NCBI RefSeq assembly: GCF_002854065.1
Contig: NZ_CP024147.1
Length of the DNA: 64,000 nt
DNA from: Escherichia coli
Lineage (GTDB): Bacteria > Pseudomonadota > Gammaproteobacteria > Enterobacterales > Enterobacteriaceae
Reading direction: 5' to 3' (one strand)
In this document: positions 39,896-49,050 of the stretch, one piece after another
How positions within the stretch are numbered: position 1 is the stretch's first letter
Layout of the letters: each line of letters starts with the position of its first letter
Made by a program: the position numbers and the translations under genes
The notes under the pieces: generated by a model
Seen by the model: the letters and a program-made list of their open reading frames with translations, nothing else
Told to the model about the DNA's origin: nothing
The model's database searches: none

Positions 39896-41881
39896 TTAAT
39901 TTGGGGTTACGATATTCACCCACAAATCGAAATTATCCAGACAGGCGATAATTTCTTCCAGTTTCGCGCCATTGCCAATAATTTTGGCTTTCTTCGCTTT
40001 TACCAGATCTGCCATTTTGGCTTGTCCGGTCAGCACGGCGTGCAGATCTTCACGACTGATGTAGAAAGAGGCGTCAGCTTGGGATTGCAGCGTTTTACGG
40101 TAGTTAAGCACGCTATCGTTCAGCGTCAGGTTGAGGTTATCGCCGTTGCTCATATTGAAGTTCAGGCTGATATTTTTACCCGCGGCTTTTTCGCTATCGA
40201 GGCGAACGGACATAAAGTCGAACAGCATTTCGACCGACATTCCGCGAATGGTGTCCGGGGAACCGGTGGTGCCGTGGCTGAACTTATGCACCCCTTCGCG
40301 CAGCTCTTTCGCGCCGGTCAGGTAGAAACCGCGCCATGTGGCGGACTCGGCCTGATAGCCCAGCTGTTCAAAGTTATTCGCTTGCAGATTCTTCGCGACC
40401 TGGTCACCCGGGTTGGCGGCAATCACCTGTTTCAGCAGTTCTGCCGACCAGCGGTAATCACCTTGCTTGTTCGCTTCTTGCGCCAGGTTGATGACACGGG
40501 CAGAACCGCCCAGCGCTTTCACGTAACGTTTGCCCATCTCTACCTGACCATACGGATGCAGGTTAGCCGGGTTACCGTCGTAATAGCCAAGATAGAAGTT
40601 ATACACCGCGCGGGCGTTGTGGCTGACAGAACCGTAATAGCCACGGCTGGCCCAGTTATTGGCAAGTGCAGGCGGCAGCTTAATCATGTCGCCGATTTCA
40701 TTCATGGTGTAGCCCTGGTTCGCCAGATGCAGGGTTTGATCGTGAATATACTTGATGGTATCGCGATATTTACCAATATAATCATTGATATGCTTATTGC
40801 CCCAGACCGGCCAGGTGTGCGGCATAAACAGCACTTCCGCGTCGTTACCCCACATATCCAGCGTTTCGTTCAGGTACTCGGTCCACTTGCTGGTATCGCG
40901 GGTTTTCGCGCCGCGCAGAGTGTAGAAGTTGTGCAGGGTATGCGTGGCGTTCTCGGCGGTACACAGGGCTTTCAGGGCCGGAATATAGAAGTGCATTTCG
41001 GCTGGTGCTTCGCTACCTGGGGTCATCAGGAAGTCAAACTCCAGGCCGTCGATAATCATCTTCTCGCCAGTTCTGACGATAGTTTTAGTCGGTGCAATAA
41101 TGCTCGGGTCGCCCGTTGCCAGCGTCACGCCAAGGCCATTACCCACGTTGCCTTGCGCGTTGTGTGGCAGTAACAGACCGTAAGAGTAGAGCGCACGGCG
41201 GCTCATGATGTTACCCGCCAGCACGTTTTCGCTGATGGCTTCGTCCATAAAGCCAGCAGGGGCAATCACCTGAACTTTGCCGGATTTAACATCGGCTTCA
41301 GAGATAATGCCTTTCACGCCACCATAGTGGTCGGTGTGGCTGTGAGTGTAGATAACGGCAACAATCGGTTTTTGCGGACGATGCTGGAAGTAAAGGTCAA
41401 GTGCGGCTTTTGCGGCAGGTGGCGTCACCAGCGGGTCGATAACAATAATGCCTTTCTCGCCCTCAACGAACGTAATGTTAGAGATATCCTGGCCGCGCAC
41501 CTGATACATTTTATCGGTGACTTTGAACAGGCCAGAAATGCCGTTGATCTGCGACTGACGCCACAGGCTGGGGTTTACGGTTTCCGGCGCTGCGGCATTA
41601 ATATCAAATTTGTAATCGTCCGCGCGGTAGTAAACTTTACCGTTCGCATCACGCAGAATACCTTCATCCAGCAGCGGGGCGATAAATCCACGCTGGGCAT
41701 CGTCAAAATCCTGACGATCGCTAAACGGTAATGATTTGGCGTAATTCTGATTAACCTGTTGGGTATATTGAGTGGCGGCTTTCGCTTCCTCTTTCGCGTT
41801 AGCGGTATTTACCATCATGCCGCTGACGGCGGTTAACGCAATAACAATCCTGCTCAAACGGAATAACTGAGAGTTATTCAT
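39896..41881 (-). CDS. yjcS: periplasmic MBL-fold alkyl/aryl-sulfatase (SdsA1-like)
   Basis: 661 aa from MNNSQLFRL; signal peptide; metallo-beta-lactamase motif [10 protein letters not shown]. Confidence 0.88.
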   Translation of the reverse strand: MNNSQLFRLSRIVIALTAVSGMMVNTANAKEEAKAATQYTQQVNQNYAKSLPFSDRQDFDDAQRGFIAPLLDEGILRDANGKVYYRADDYKFDINAAAPETVNPSLWRQSQINGISGLFKVTDKMYQVRGQDISNITFVEGEKGIIVIDPLVTPPAAKAALDLYFQHRPQKPIVAVIYTHSHTDHYGGVKGIISEADVKSGKVQVIAPAGFMDEAISENVLAGNIMSRRALYSYGLLLPHNAQGNVGNGLGVTLATGDPSIIAPTKTIVRTGEKMIIDGLEFDFLMTPGSEAPAEMHFYIPALKALCTAENATHTLHNFYTLRGAKTRDTSKWTEYLNETLDMWGNDAEVLFMPHTWPVWGNKHINDYIGKYRDTIKYIHDQTLHLANQGYTMNEIGDMIKLPPALANNWASRGYYGSVSHNARAVYNFYLGYYDGNPANLHPYGQVEMGKRYVKALGGSARVINLAQEANKQGDYRWSAELLKQVIAANPGDQVAKNLQANNFEQLGYQAESATWRGFYLTGAKELREGVHKFSHGTTGSPDTIRGMSVEMLFDFMSVRLDSEKAAGKNISLNFNMSNGDNLNLTLNDSVLNYRKTLQSQADASFYISREDLHAVLTGQAKMADLVKAKKAKIIGNGAKLEEIIACLDNFDLWVNIVTPN

Positions 41882-42171
41882 ATAAATCTCCATTTATCAT
41901 TTATGTCGTAAATATGTAATCCATGCAAAATACGTCATTTAAAGCTGGTGTTATCATAATTGGGAAATTGCGACTTTAATAAGTGGAAGTGTGAGCAGAA
42001 CGATCCATTTTATTAGGCATTTGTGCTGAAGAGGGAAAATTACGGCATATTTATTACTATCATCAATAATGTGACCTGACTTATATTTTTATTATTTATA
42101 TTACTTTCAGCTTTCACTTCGACAAGAAGTACGCACAATGATTAATTAGATGAATGATGCGGAGTGTAACC

Positions 42172-42879
42172 ATGAAACCCGTCGTGCTGGTGGTGGATGA
42201 TGACACGGCTATCTGCGCACTGTTGCAGGACGTGTTAAGTGAACATGTCTTTACGGTTTCAGTCTGCCATACCGGACAGGAGGCCATATTGCGTATTGAG
42301 GGCGATCCTGACATTGCGCTGGTGGTGCTGGATATGATGCTACCCGATACCAACGGCCTGAGGGTATTGCAGCAAATCCAGAAACTGCGTCCGACATTGC
42401 CGGTGGTGATGTTGACCGGCATGGGCAGTGAGTCTGATGTGGTGGTCGGGCTGGAAATGGGCGCGGATGATTACATCTGCAAACCGTTCACCCCGCGGGT
42501 GGTGGTCGCACGACTGAAAGCGGTGTTGCGACGGGTTGGTGCGCTGGCGGTTAATGACGAGAAAAGCGCCGGGCTGTCATTCAATGGCTGGTATCTCGAT
42601 ACCATGCGCTGCCAGTTGCACAATCCGCTTCAGCAACATGTCGAGTTAACTCAGGGCGAATATGGCTTGTTACTGGCTCTGGCGCAAAACGCGCGTCGGG
42701 TATTGAGCCGCGAGCAGTTGCTGGCGTTCACCCACAGCGACAGCGTGGAGGTGTTTGATCGCACCATCGACGTATTAATCATGCGCTTACGACGCAAAAT
42801 CGAACTCAACCCGCATCAGCCGATGTTGATTAAAACTCTGCGCGGTCTGGGGTATGTCTTCGCTGCCGACGTGCATTAA
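42172..42879 (+). CDS. OmpR/PhoB-family response regulator (REC + winged helix)
   Basis: MKPVVLVVDDD...VVLDMMLPDTNG receiver motifs; C-terminal wHTH (LTQGEYGLLLAL...LRGLGYVF); GGAG 7 nt upstream of ATG. Confidence 0.85.
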   Translation: MKPVVLVVDDDTAICALLQDVLSEHVFTVSVCHTGQEAILRIEGDPDIALVVLDMMLPDTNGLRVLQQIQKLRPTLPVVMLTGMGSESDVVVGLEMGADDYICKPFTPRVVVARLKAVLRRVGALAVNDEKSAGLSFNGWYLDTMRCQLHNPLQQHVELTQGEYGLLLALAQNARRVLSREQLLAFTHSDSVEVFDRTIDVLIMRLRRKIELNPHQPMLIKTLRGLGYVFAADVH

Positions 42880-43877
42880 TCCGACATTTCTGTTTGCAGC
42901 TCTTCCAGCGTTTTCGCCCCGTCGATGGCATTGGCGCATAACAGGCTTGCCCGCGCGCAGGCGTGTGCCAGTTTGATGCTCTCGGTAAGCGTCCAGCGTT
43001 CATGGCAGCCATATAAAAATCCGGCACAAAATGCATCGCCCGCGCCGACGCTGCCGATAATTTCCCGTTGTTCTAACTTTTGCGAAGGGATCCACACGCC
43101 GCCCTGTTCTGGGGTCTCTCCCCACGCCCCTTCCGGGCAGTGGATCACCACCCGCTGGCGCACGCCCGCATCTAACAGTTCACGCGCGGCGGCAGCAATA
43201 TGCGCGATATGCGGTTCGCCGTTGGGTAACCGAATTTCCAGCCCGCTAAACTCCCCGGCCTCCAGTTCGTTAATTACCAGATAATCCAGATGGCGCAACG
43301 CGGGCAGCACCAGCGGCTGATAACGCGGATCGCCCTTACGGGAGACCAGGTCGAGTGAGGTTTCAAAGCCAGTATCACGCATTTGCGCCAGCAGGCGTGC
43401 GCTACGGGTGCCGTAAACATCGTCCGGCATATCCAGGCTGTCGAGCAACAGTAAATAGCCGAGATGGAAAATCTTCATGGTGTTATCGAGCTGATCGAAC
43501 GCCGGAAGATCCAAAAGTCTGTTTGCACCCGGCGAATGGAAAAACGTCCGCTGCCCGCTTGGGTCTGTCATCACCTGCGACATCGACGTCGGGGCAAAGG
43601 TAGTGCGCTGCACATGCTGACGATTGACGTGATATTGCTCAAGCATCGCCATGATGTAATCGCCGTCGCTGTCCTGACCGATTAGCCCAACCGCCTGTAA
43701 CGGTAGCCCGGTGCGCATTTTCGCCAGCGTCAGCAGGACGTTAAGCGGCGCACCGCCGGTGGAGCGTTCGCTGTGGGTGATCTCCGCCAGCCAGCCGCGC
43801 TCTGGCCACTGGATAATCTGATGGACGTGGTCAACCAACATATTGCCTGCGGCGATAATCCCTTTACGCTCCATCAT
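42876..43877 (-). CDS. PfkB-family carbohydrate kinase
   Basis: 333 aa; N-terminal GG motif (GGAPLNV) and PfkB signature VGAGDAFCAGFL. Confidence 0.82.
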   Translation of the reverse strand: MMERKGIIAAGNMLVDHVHQIIQWPERGWLAEITHSERSTGGAPLNVLLTLAKMRTGLPLQAVGLIGQDSDGDYIMAMLEQYHVNRQHVQRTTFAPTSMSQVMTDPSGQRTFFHSPGANRLLDLPAFDQLDNTMKIFHLGYLLLLDSLDMPDDVYGTRSARLLAQMRDTGFETSLDLVSRKGDPRYQPLVLPALRHLDYLVINELEAGEFSGLEIRLPNGEPHIAHIAAAARELLDAGVRQRVVIHCPEGAWGETPEQGGVWIPSQKLEQREIIGSVGAGDAFCAGFLYGCHERWTLTESIKLAHACARASLLCANAIDGAKTLEELQTEMSD

Positions 43878-44734
43878 GCCTGCCCCGCACTGCCAAAAAT
43901 ACGCATCTGTTGTGCAACCGTATCGCTGATGGCGGCTTCCACTGCCAGCAGTAACTCGGCAAACTCGTCATACATCGGCTGACGGTGCGCCATTCGGGCC
44001 TCAACGGCAGCCAGCGCCGCTTGCGACATGCCAGTGTAGAAATTGATTTTGTGGATACCCAGTTCGATGGCGCGGCGGAAATCGGCATCACTAATCCCTG
44101 AGCCGCCGTGTAATACCAGCGGGATAGCAGCCTGCTGGCGGATAGCGTCGAGGCGCGGGAAATCGAGTTTCGGTTCGCCGCGATATTTGCCGTGTGCATT
44201 GCCAATCGCCACGGCCAACGCGTCAATGCCGGTACGGTCGACAAAATCACGCGCCAGTTGCGGATCGGTAAACAGGGATTCATCGGCATGACCATAGAGC
44301 GCACCGCCTTCGTCGCCACCCACCGCGCCCAGTTCAGCTTCTACCGATACGCCAACGGCATGGCACATTTTCACCACTTCCCGCGTCTGGCGGACATTTT
44401 CTTCATACCCCAGCGTGGAGCCATCAAACATTACCGAGCTGAATCCCAGCCGCAACGCTTGCACCACCGATTCAAAATGCAGTCCGTGATCGAGATTTAA
44501 CACCACCGGAATGGCATGACGCGCCGCTTCAAATTTCACTGTCTCGACCAGGGAATCCAGCGAGATATATTTAAAATGTACTTCGGCAATGTTGATAATA
44601 AAGGGCGAACGTTCTTGTCTGGCAGCAGCAAACAAGGCGCGTAAAAAGTGCGAGTCCAGCACATTAAACGCACCTAACGAATAGTGATGTTCGCGGGCAT
44701 GTGCCAGCCCTTCAGCGAGAGAAATCAATGGCAT
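43874..44734 (-). CDS. class II (zinc) ketose-bisphosphate aldolase, FbaA/GatY/KbaY family
   Basis: 286 aa; MPLISLAEGLAHAREHHYSLGAFNV, LNLDHG and LVLHGGSGI motifs. Confidence 0.82.
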   Translation of the reverse strand: MPLISLAEGLAHAREHHYSLGAFNVLDSHFLRALFAAARQERSPFIINIAEVHFKYISLDSLVETVKFEAARHAIPVVLNLDHGLHFESVVQALRLGFSSVMFDGSTLGYEENVRQTREVVKMCHAVGVSVEAELGAVGGDEGGALYGHADESLFTDPQLARDFVDRTGIDALAVAIGNAHGKYRGEPKLDFPRLDAIRQQAAIPLVLHGGSGISDADFRRAIELGIHKINFYTGMSQAALAAVEARMAHRQPMYDEFAELLLAVEAAISDTVAQQMRIFGSAGQA

Positions 44735-44748
44735 AACTTTATCCTTAT

Positions 44749-45432
44749 TCAGCGGAACTGGCGGTATTCGTTACACAATACCAACTGTGCAGGTTCGTCT
44801 TCGTCAATCAGGTTGTAGCGGGCCAGCGGGCGTAAAAAGTGGTTATCATGGTCGTCGTCATTGACTGAAGAGACTTCGCCAACCAGCACATCGCCAAAAC
44901 CGGTTTCCGCCCAAAAACTGTGATAAAGGCCGGGTGGCAGGCAGATACTTTCGCCGGGGGTCAGGCGTAACTGACTGCCTGCGACATGGGTCTGGCGGCA
45001 GCCGTCGATCACCACCGTAACGTCGGTATCAACTGTTTGCTCGTTGCTATCGGCATTCCACAGTTCAACAATCAAATTGCCGCCGCCGCGATTGATAATG
45101 TCCTCGCGCTTACGCCAGTGAAAGTGCATTGGCGTGACCTGCGCATCGCGCACATGCATGATCTTCTCGGCGTAACATTTCACATACGGCATTCCTTTTG
45201 CTGAGCCGTTACGTAGGGTAAACAGCGTCAGCCCCTGTGCTGCAAAGTTGTTGCCACCAAAAGCGGTAACATCCCAGCCGAGTTTGAGATCAAAAACTTC
45301 CTCCCACGCGGCGGTGTCGAGCTGCTGCCATTGGGCAGGCGAGAAACTGGCAAAGGGCGGAAGATGTACGTCATGTTGCGAAAAGAATTGCCGTGTATGG
45401 CCGAGAATGTCGTTTATAGCGGAGCGTTTCAT
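44749..45432 (-). CDS. cupin-type sugar isomerase (D-lyxose/D-mannose ketol-isomerase-like)
   Basis: 227 aa; cupin motif 1 HFHWRKRED and motif 2 PPGLYH; sugar-catabolic context. Confidence 0.7.
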   Translation of the reverse strand: MKRSAINDILGHTRQFFSQHDVHLPPFASFSPAQWQQLDTAAWEEVFDLKLGWDVTAFGGNNFAAQGLTLFTLRNGSAKGMPYVKCYAEKIMHVRDAQVTPMHFHWRKREDIINRGGGNLIVELWNADSNEQTVDTDVTVVIDGCRQTHVAGSQLRLTPGESICLPPGLYHSFWAETGFGDVLVGEVSSVNDDDHDNHFLRPLARYNLIDEDEPAQLVLCNEYRQFR

Positions 45433-45486
45433 CGAAAGCGTTCTCCTTAGCGGTGGCCGGGCAGCATCGCCGCCCGGCGTGTGGAC

Positions 45487-46428
45487 TTATTTCACCGTCC
45501 AGCCTTTGTAATTGCCGACGTTGTTTTTATCGATCATCGTCACCGGGATCAGCACCGGCTCTTTCGGCGCAGGTTTGCCCTGCAAAATGTCGTAGCCAAT
45601 TTCCACCGCTTTCGCTGCCATCACCTGGGGATCTTGCGCCGGAGTAGCGACAAACAACGAGTTCTCACGCTTGAGCGCCTCTTCGGCGTCCGGGCTTCCG
45701 TCCACACCGACAATAAAGAACTCGTTACGTTGCGCCTGTTTTGCTGCCAGATCGGCACCGATTGCGGTGGGATCGTTAATCGCAAATACGCCGTCGATCT
45801 TCGGATTTGCTGCCAGCAGTCCCGTCATTACCTCCAGCCCGCCTTCACGACTGCCTTTCGCGTTCTGGTTGTCAGAGAGCACTTTGATGTCAGGATGGCG
45901 TTTAAATTCAGTCTGGCATCCTTCGACGCGGTTTTGCACGGCGGATACCGGCGGGCCGTTGATGATCACCACATTGCCTTTGCCTTTCAGGCGATCGGTG
46001 ATGTATTTACAGGCCATTTCGCCCGCCTGGGTGTTATCGGAGGTGATGGTGGCATCAGCACCTTCTGCCGCTACGTCAACCGCGACAACTACGATCCCGG
46101 CATCTTTCGCCCGTTTCACCGCCGGGCCGATCCCTTTTGAATCGGCAGCGTTGAGGATAATCATATCGACGTTAGCGGCGATAAAGTTGTCTATCTGCGA
46201 CACCTGCTGACCCAGATCGTAGCCGCTGGAAACCAGCGTCACTTTGACGTTATCGCCTGCCAGTTTGCGTGCTTCCAGCTCCGCGCCTTTGGTGATCTGC
46301 ACGAAGAACGGGTTCGCCAGATCGCCCACCGTTACGCCTATTGATTTCAGTTCTTTCGCTTGGGCGAACGGTGCTGCGGCCAGCAGCGCGCCTGCACAGA
46401 GCGCGGTCACTAAGGGCTTCAATCTCAT
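45487..46428 (-). CDS. periplasmic monosaccharide-binding protein (ribose/allose-type)
   Basis: 313 aa; signal peptide MRLKPLVTALCAGALLAAAPFAQA; PBP type I fold hallmarks. Confidence 0.85.
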   Translation of the reverse strand: MRLKPLVTALCAGALLAAAPFAQAKELKSIGVTVGDLANPFFVQITKGAELEARKLAGDNVKVTLVSSGYDLGQQVSQIDNFIAANVDMIILNAADSKGIGPAVKRAKDAGIVVVAVDVAAEGADATITSDNTQAGEMACKYITDRLKGKGNVVIINGPPVSAVQNRVEGCQTEFKRHPDIKVLSDNQNAKGSREGGLEVMTGLLAANPKIDGVFAINDPTAIGADLAAKQAQRNEFFIVGVDGSPDAEEALKRENSLFVATPAQDPQVMAAKAVEIGYDILQGKPAPKEPVLIPVTMIDKNNVGNYKGWTVK

Positions 46429-46446
46429 GCTGTATTCCTCATGTGT

Positions 46447-47421
46447 TTATGCACTTTGATGGTGTCGGGTACGGTATTTGTCGATCAGCACCGCAATGAT
46501 GATCACCGCCCCTTTGATCACCAGTTGCCAGAAGTAAGAGACGCCCATTAAGGTCATGCCATTGTTGAGCGTGGCGATAATTAGCGCGCCGACCAGCGTG
46601 CCGGTGATGGTGCCGATGCCGCCGACAAAACTGGTGCCGCCGAGGATCACCGCCGCAATGGCGTCCAGCTCGTACCCCATACCTAAGTTGCCGTTGGCGC
46701 TGTACAGCCTTGAGGCGTTCATAATTCCGCCCAGCCCTGAAAGCAGGCCGCTCATACCATAAACAAACAGCAGCACCAGCCAGACCTTAATGCCGGTAAG
46801 ACGCGCCGCCTGCATATTGCCGCCGACGGCGTAGATATGAACGCCAAGCGTGGTGCGGCGCAGAATAAACCAGCACAGCACAATCACTGCGAGGGCAATC
46901 ACCACCAGCCACGGGACCGGCCCGAGATAGTTATTGCCTATCCACTCGAAATTAATGTTGGAGTTGATAACCGTGGTGCCGTCCGCCAGCAGATACGCCG
47001 CCCCGCGCAGCGCCGTATAGGTGCCAAGCGTGACGATAAACGGTGGCAATCCGGCAAAGGCCACCAGCGCGCCGTTGAACAGCCCCAGCAGCAGGCCGAG
47101 CATCAGCGCCGCCGGGATCGACAGCATGGCGAACTCAGGGCTAAGGGAGACGACCATCGCCGCCACCGCTGTGGTGCCGAGGATCGAACCCACGGAAAGA
47201 TCGATCCCGCCGGTCAAAATGATGAAGGTCATCCCCGCGGCCAGAACAATGTTGATCGATGCCTGGCGGGTAATATTCAGCAGGTTGCTTTCGGTAAAAA
47301 AGTTTGGCGCGATAAAGCCAAATACCGCCACGATCAGAATCAAAATGGGCAAGATGCCGACCGTTTGCATCAGATCGCTCATCAGCATTTTTTTGGCAGA
47401 AGTCTTTGCAGAGGTCGTCAT
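46447..47421 (-). CDS. sugar ABC transporter permease (RbsC/AlsC-like)
   Basis: 324 aa, ~10 TM segments. Confidence 0.85.
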   Translation of the reverse strand: MTTSAKTSAKKMLMSDLMQTVGILPILILIVAVFGFIAPNFFTESNLLNITRQASINIVLAAGMTFIILTGGIDLSVGSILGTTAVAAMVVSLSPEFAMLSIPAALMLGLLLGLFNGALVAFAGLPPFIVTLGTYTALRGAAYLLADGTTVINSNINFEWIGNNYLGPVPWLVVIALAVIVLCWFILRRTTLGVHIYAVGGNMQAARLTGIKVWLVLLFVYGMSGLLSGLGGIMNASRLYSANGNLGMGYELDAIAAVILGGTSFVGGIGTITGTLVGALIIATLNNGMTLMGVSYFWQLVIKGAVIIIAVLIDKYRTRHHQSA

Positions 47422-48937
47422 GAGGGCACCGCCTGGGAATGGGCGTCGTTGACGCCAGTCGCTAAGGTCATAATGTTTTCCTGGGTGATGTTTTTGCCGT
47501 TTAACTCACCGGCAATGCTGCCTTCGCGCATCACATAGACGCGATCGCTCATTCCCACTATCTCCGGCAGTTCGCTGGAGATCATCAGGATCGCCACGCC
47601 CTTGCGCGCCATCTCGTTCATGATCCGGTAGATCTCGCTTTTTGCGCCAACGTCCACGCCGCGGGTGGGTTCATCGAGCAGTAAAATGCGCGGCCAATTG
47701 CCACCCAGCGGGAGATCAACAGCTTTTGCTGATTGCCGCCGGAAAGCCCGCCCGCGCGTACCTGGGCATGAGGCACGCGAATGTTGAGCAACTTGATGGC
47801 GTCATCGGAAATGGTTTGCGCTTTTTTGCGATTGAGCATTCCCCAGCGGGCATCGCGCTCCAGGGTCGCCATGGTGATGTTTTCGGCTGCCGCCATTTCA
47901 AGGAACAGCCCCTGTTCTTTGCGATTTTCGGTGAGAAAGCCAATGCCAAGATCGATGGCTTCGCGCGGGGAGTGGATCACCACCGGTTCACCATCGACTT
48001 CAATCATTCCGCCTGTCGCTTTCCGCACGCCGAAGATCAACTGCGCCAGTTCGGAACGTCCGGCACCCACCAGTCCGGCGAGGCCAACAATTTCGCCGGA
48101 ACGCACCAGCAGGCTACTCGGCTGGACTTTGCCGCCGTCGGTCAGGTGGTGAACATTCAGGCGGGCTTTACCGAGCGGGATATCGCGCTCTTTATTGAAC
48201 AGATCGCTCAGTGGCCTGCCGACCATCATCCGCACCAGCTCCCCGGCATTGAGGTTATCGCGGGTCAGGCTGCCAACGTATTGCCCGTCGCGCAGCACGC
48301 TGACGCGATCGGAAAGCTCATACACTTCCGCCATGCGGTGGCTAATGTAGATAATCGCCATCCCTTCATCGCGCAGCCGCATAATCAGTTCAAACAGGCG
48401 GTGAGTTTCGCGGGAGGAGAGGGCGGCGGTGGGTTCGTCCATCACCAGAATGCGGCTGTTGCGATGTAGCGCGCGGGCGATTTCGACCTGCTGTTGCTCG
48501 GCAATGGTCAGTGTCATGACCTTATCGCTGGCGTTAAACTGCGCGCCGAGGCGGTCGATCACTCTTTGCGCCTGCACCAGCATCTCTTTACGCTGCACCA
48601 GCCCGCCGTGGGAAAGCTCGCTACCGAGGAAAATGTTCTCTGCCACCGTCAAATTGGGCGCCAGCTGCATCTCCTGATAAATCAGCGTAATACCGGCGCT
48701 TAAGGCATCTTTTGGCGTGCGAATGTGAAAGGGCTTGCCGTCTATGAGGATCTCGCCGCTGGTGGCGGTATACGCCCCCGCCAGCACCTTCATCAGCGTG
48801 CTTTTTCCCGCGCCGTTTTCCCCCATCAGGGCATGGATCTCGCCAGGGTAGACCGTCAAATCCACCCCTTTGAGCGCATAAAATTTGCCGAAGGCTTTGG
48901 CAATATTGCGCATCTCCAGAACTGGCGTGCTGTTCAT
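47418..48937 (-). pseudogene. sugar ABC transporter ATP-binding protein (double ABC module), frameshifted near 47690-47700
   Basis: N-module Walker [10 protein letters not shown]; second signature LSGGNQQK; frame A ends ...[13 protein letters not shown] while frame B carries the expected continuation [13 protein letters not shown]...; consistent with a 1 bp loss in ggccgcgc (expected [10 protein letters not shown]). Confidence 0.75.
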
Positions 48938-49050
48938 GGTGGACTCCTGCGAGGTTGTCGATATCAGCACTCCATCACAGGAAAGTAAATGCAAAATGTC
49001 AGAAGCCGTTCATATTTGTCATATTGCGATTTTTCTTCACGGAGCGTGAT

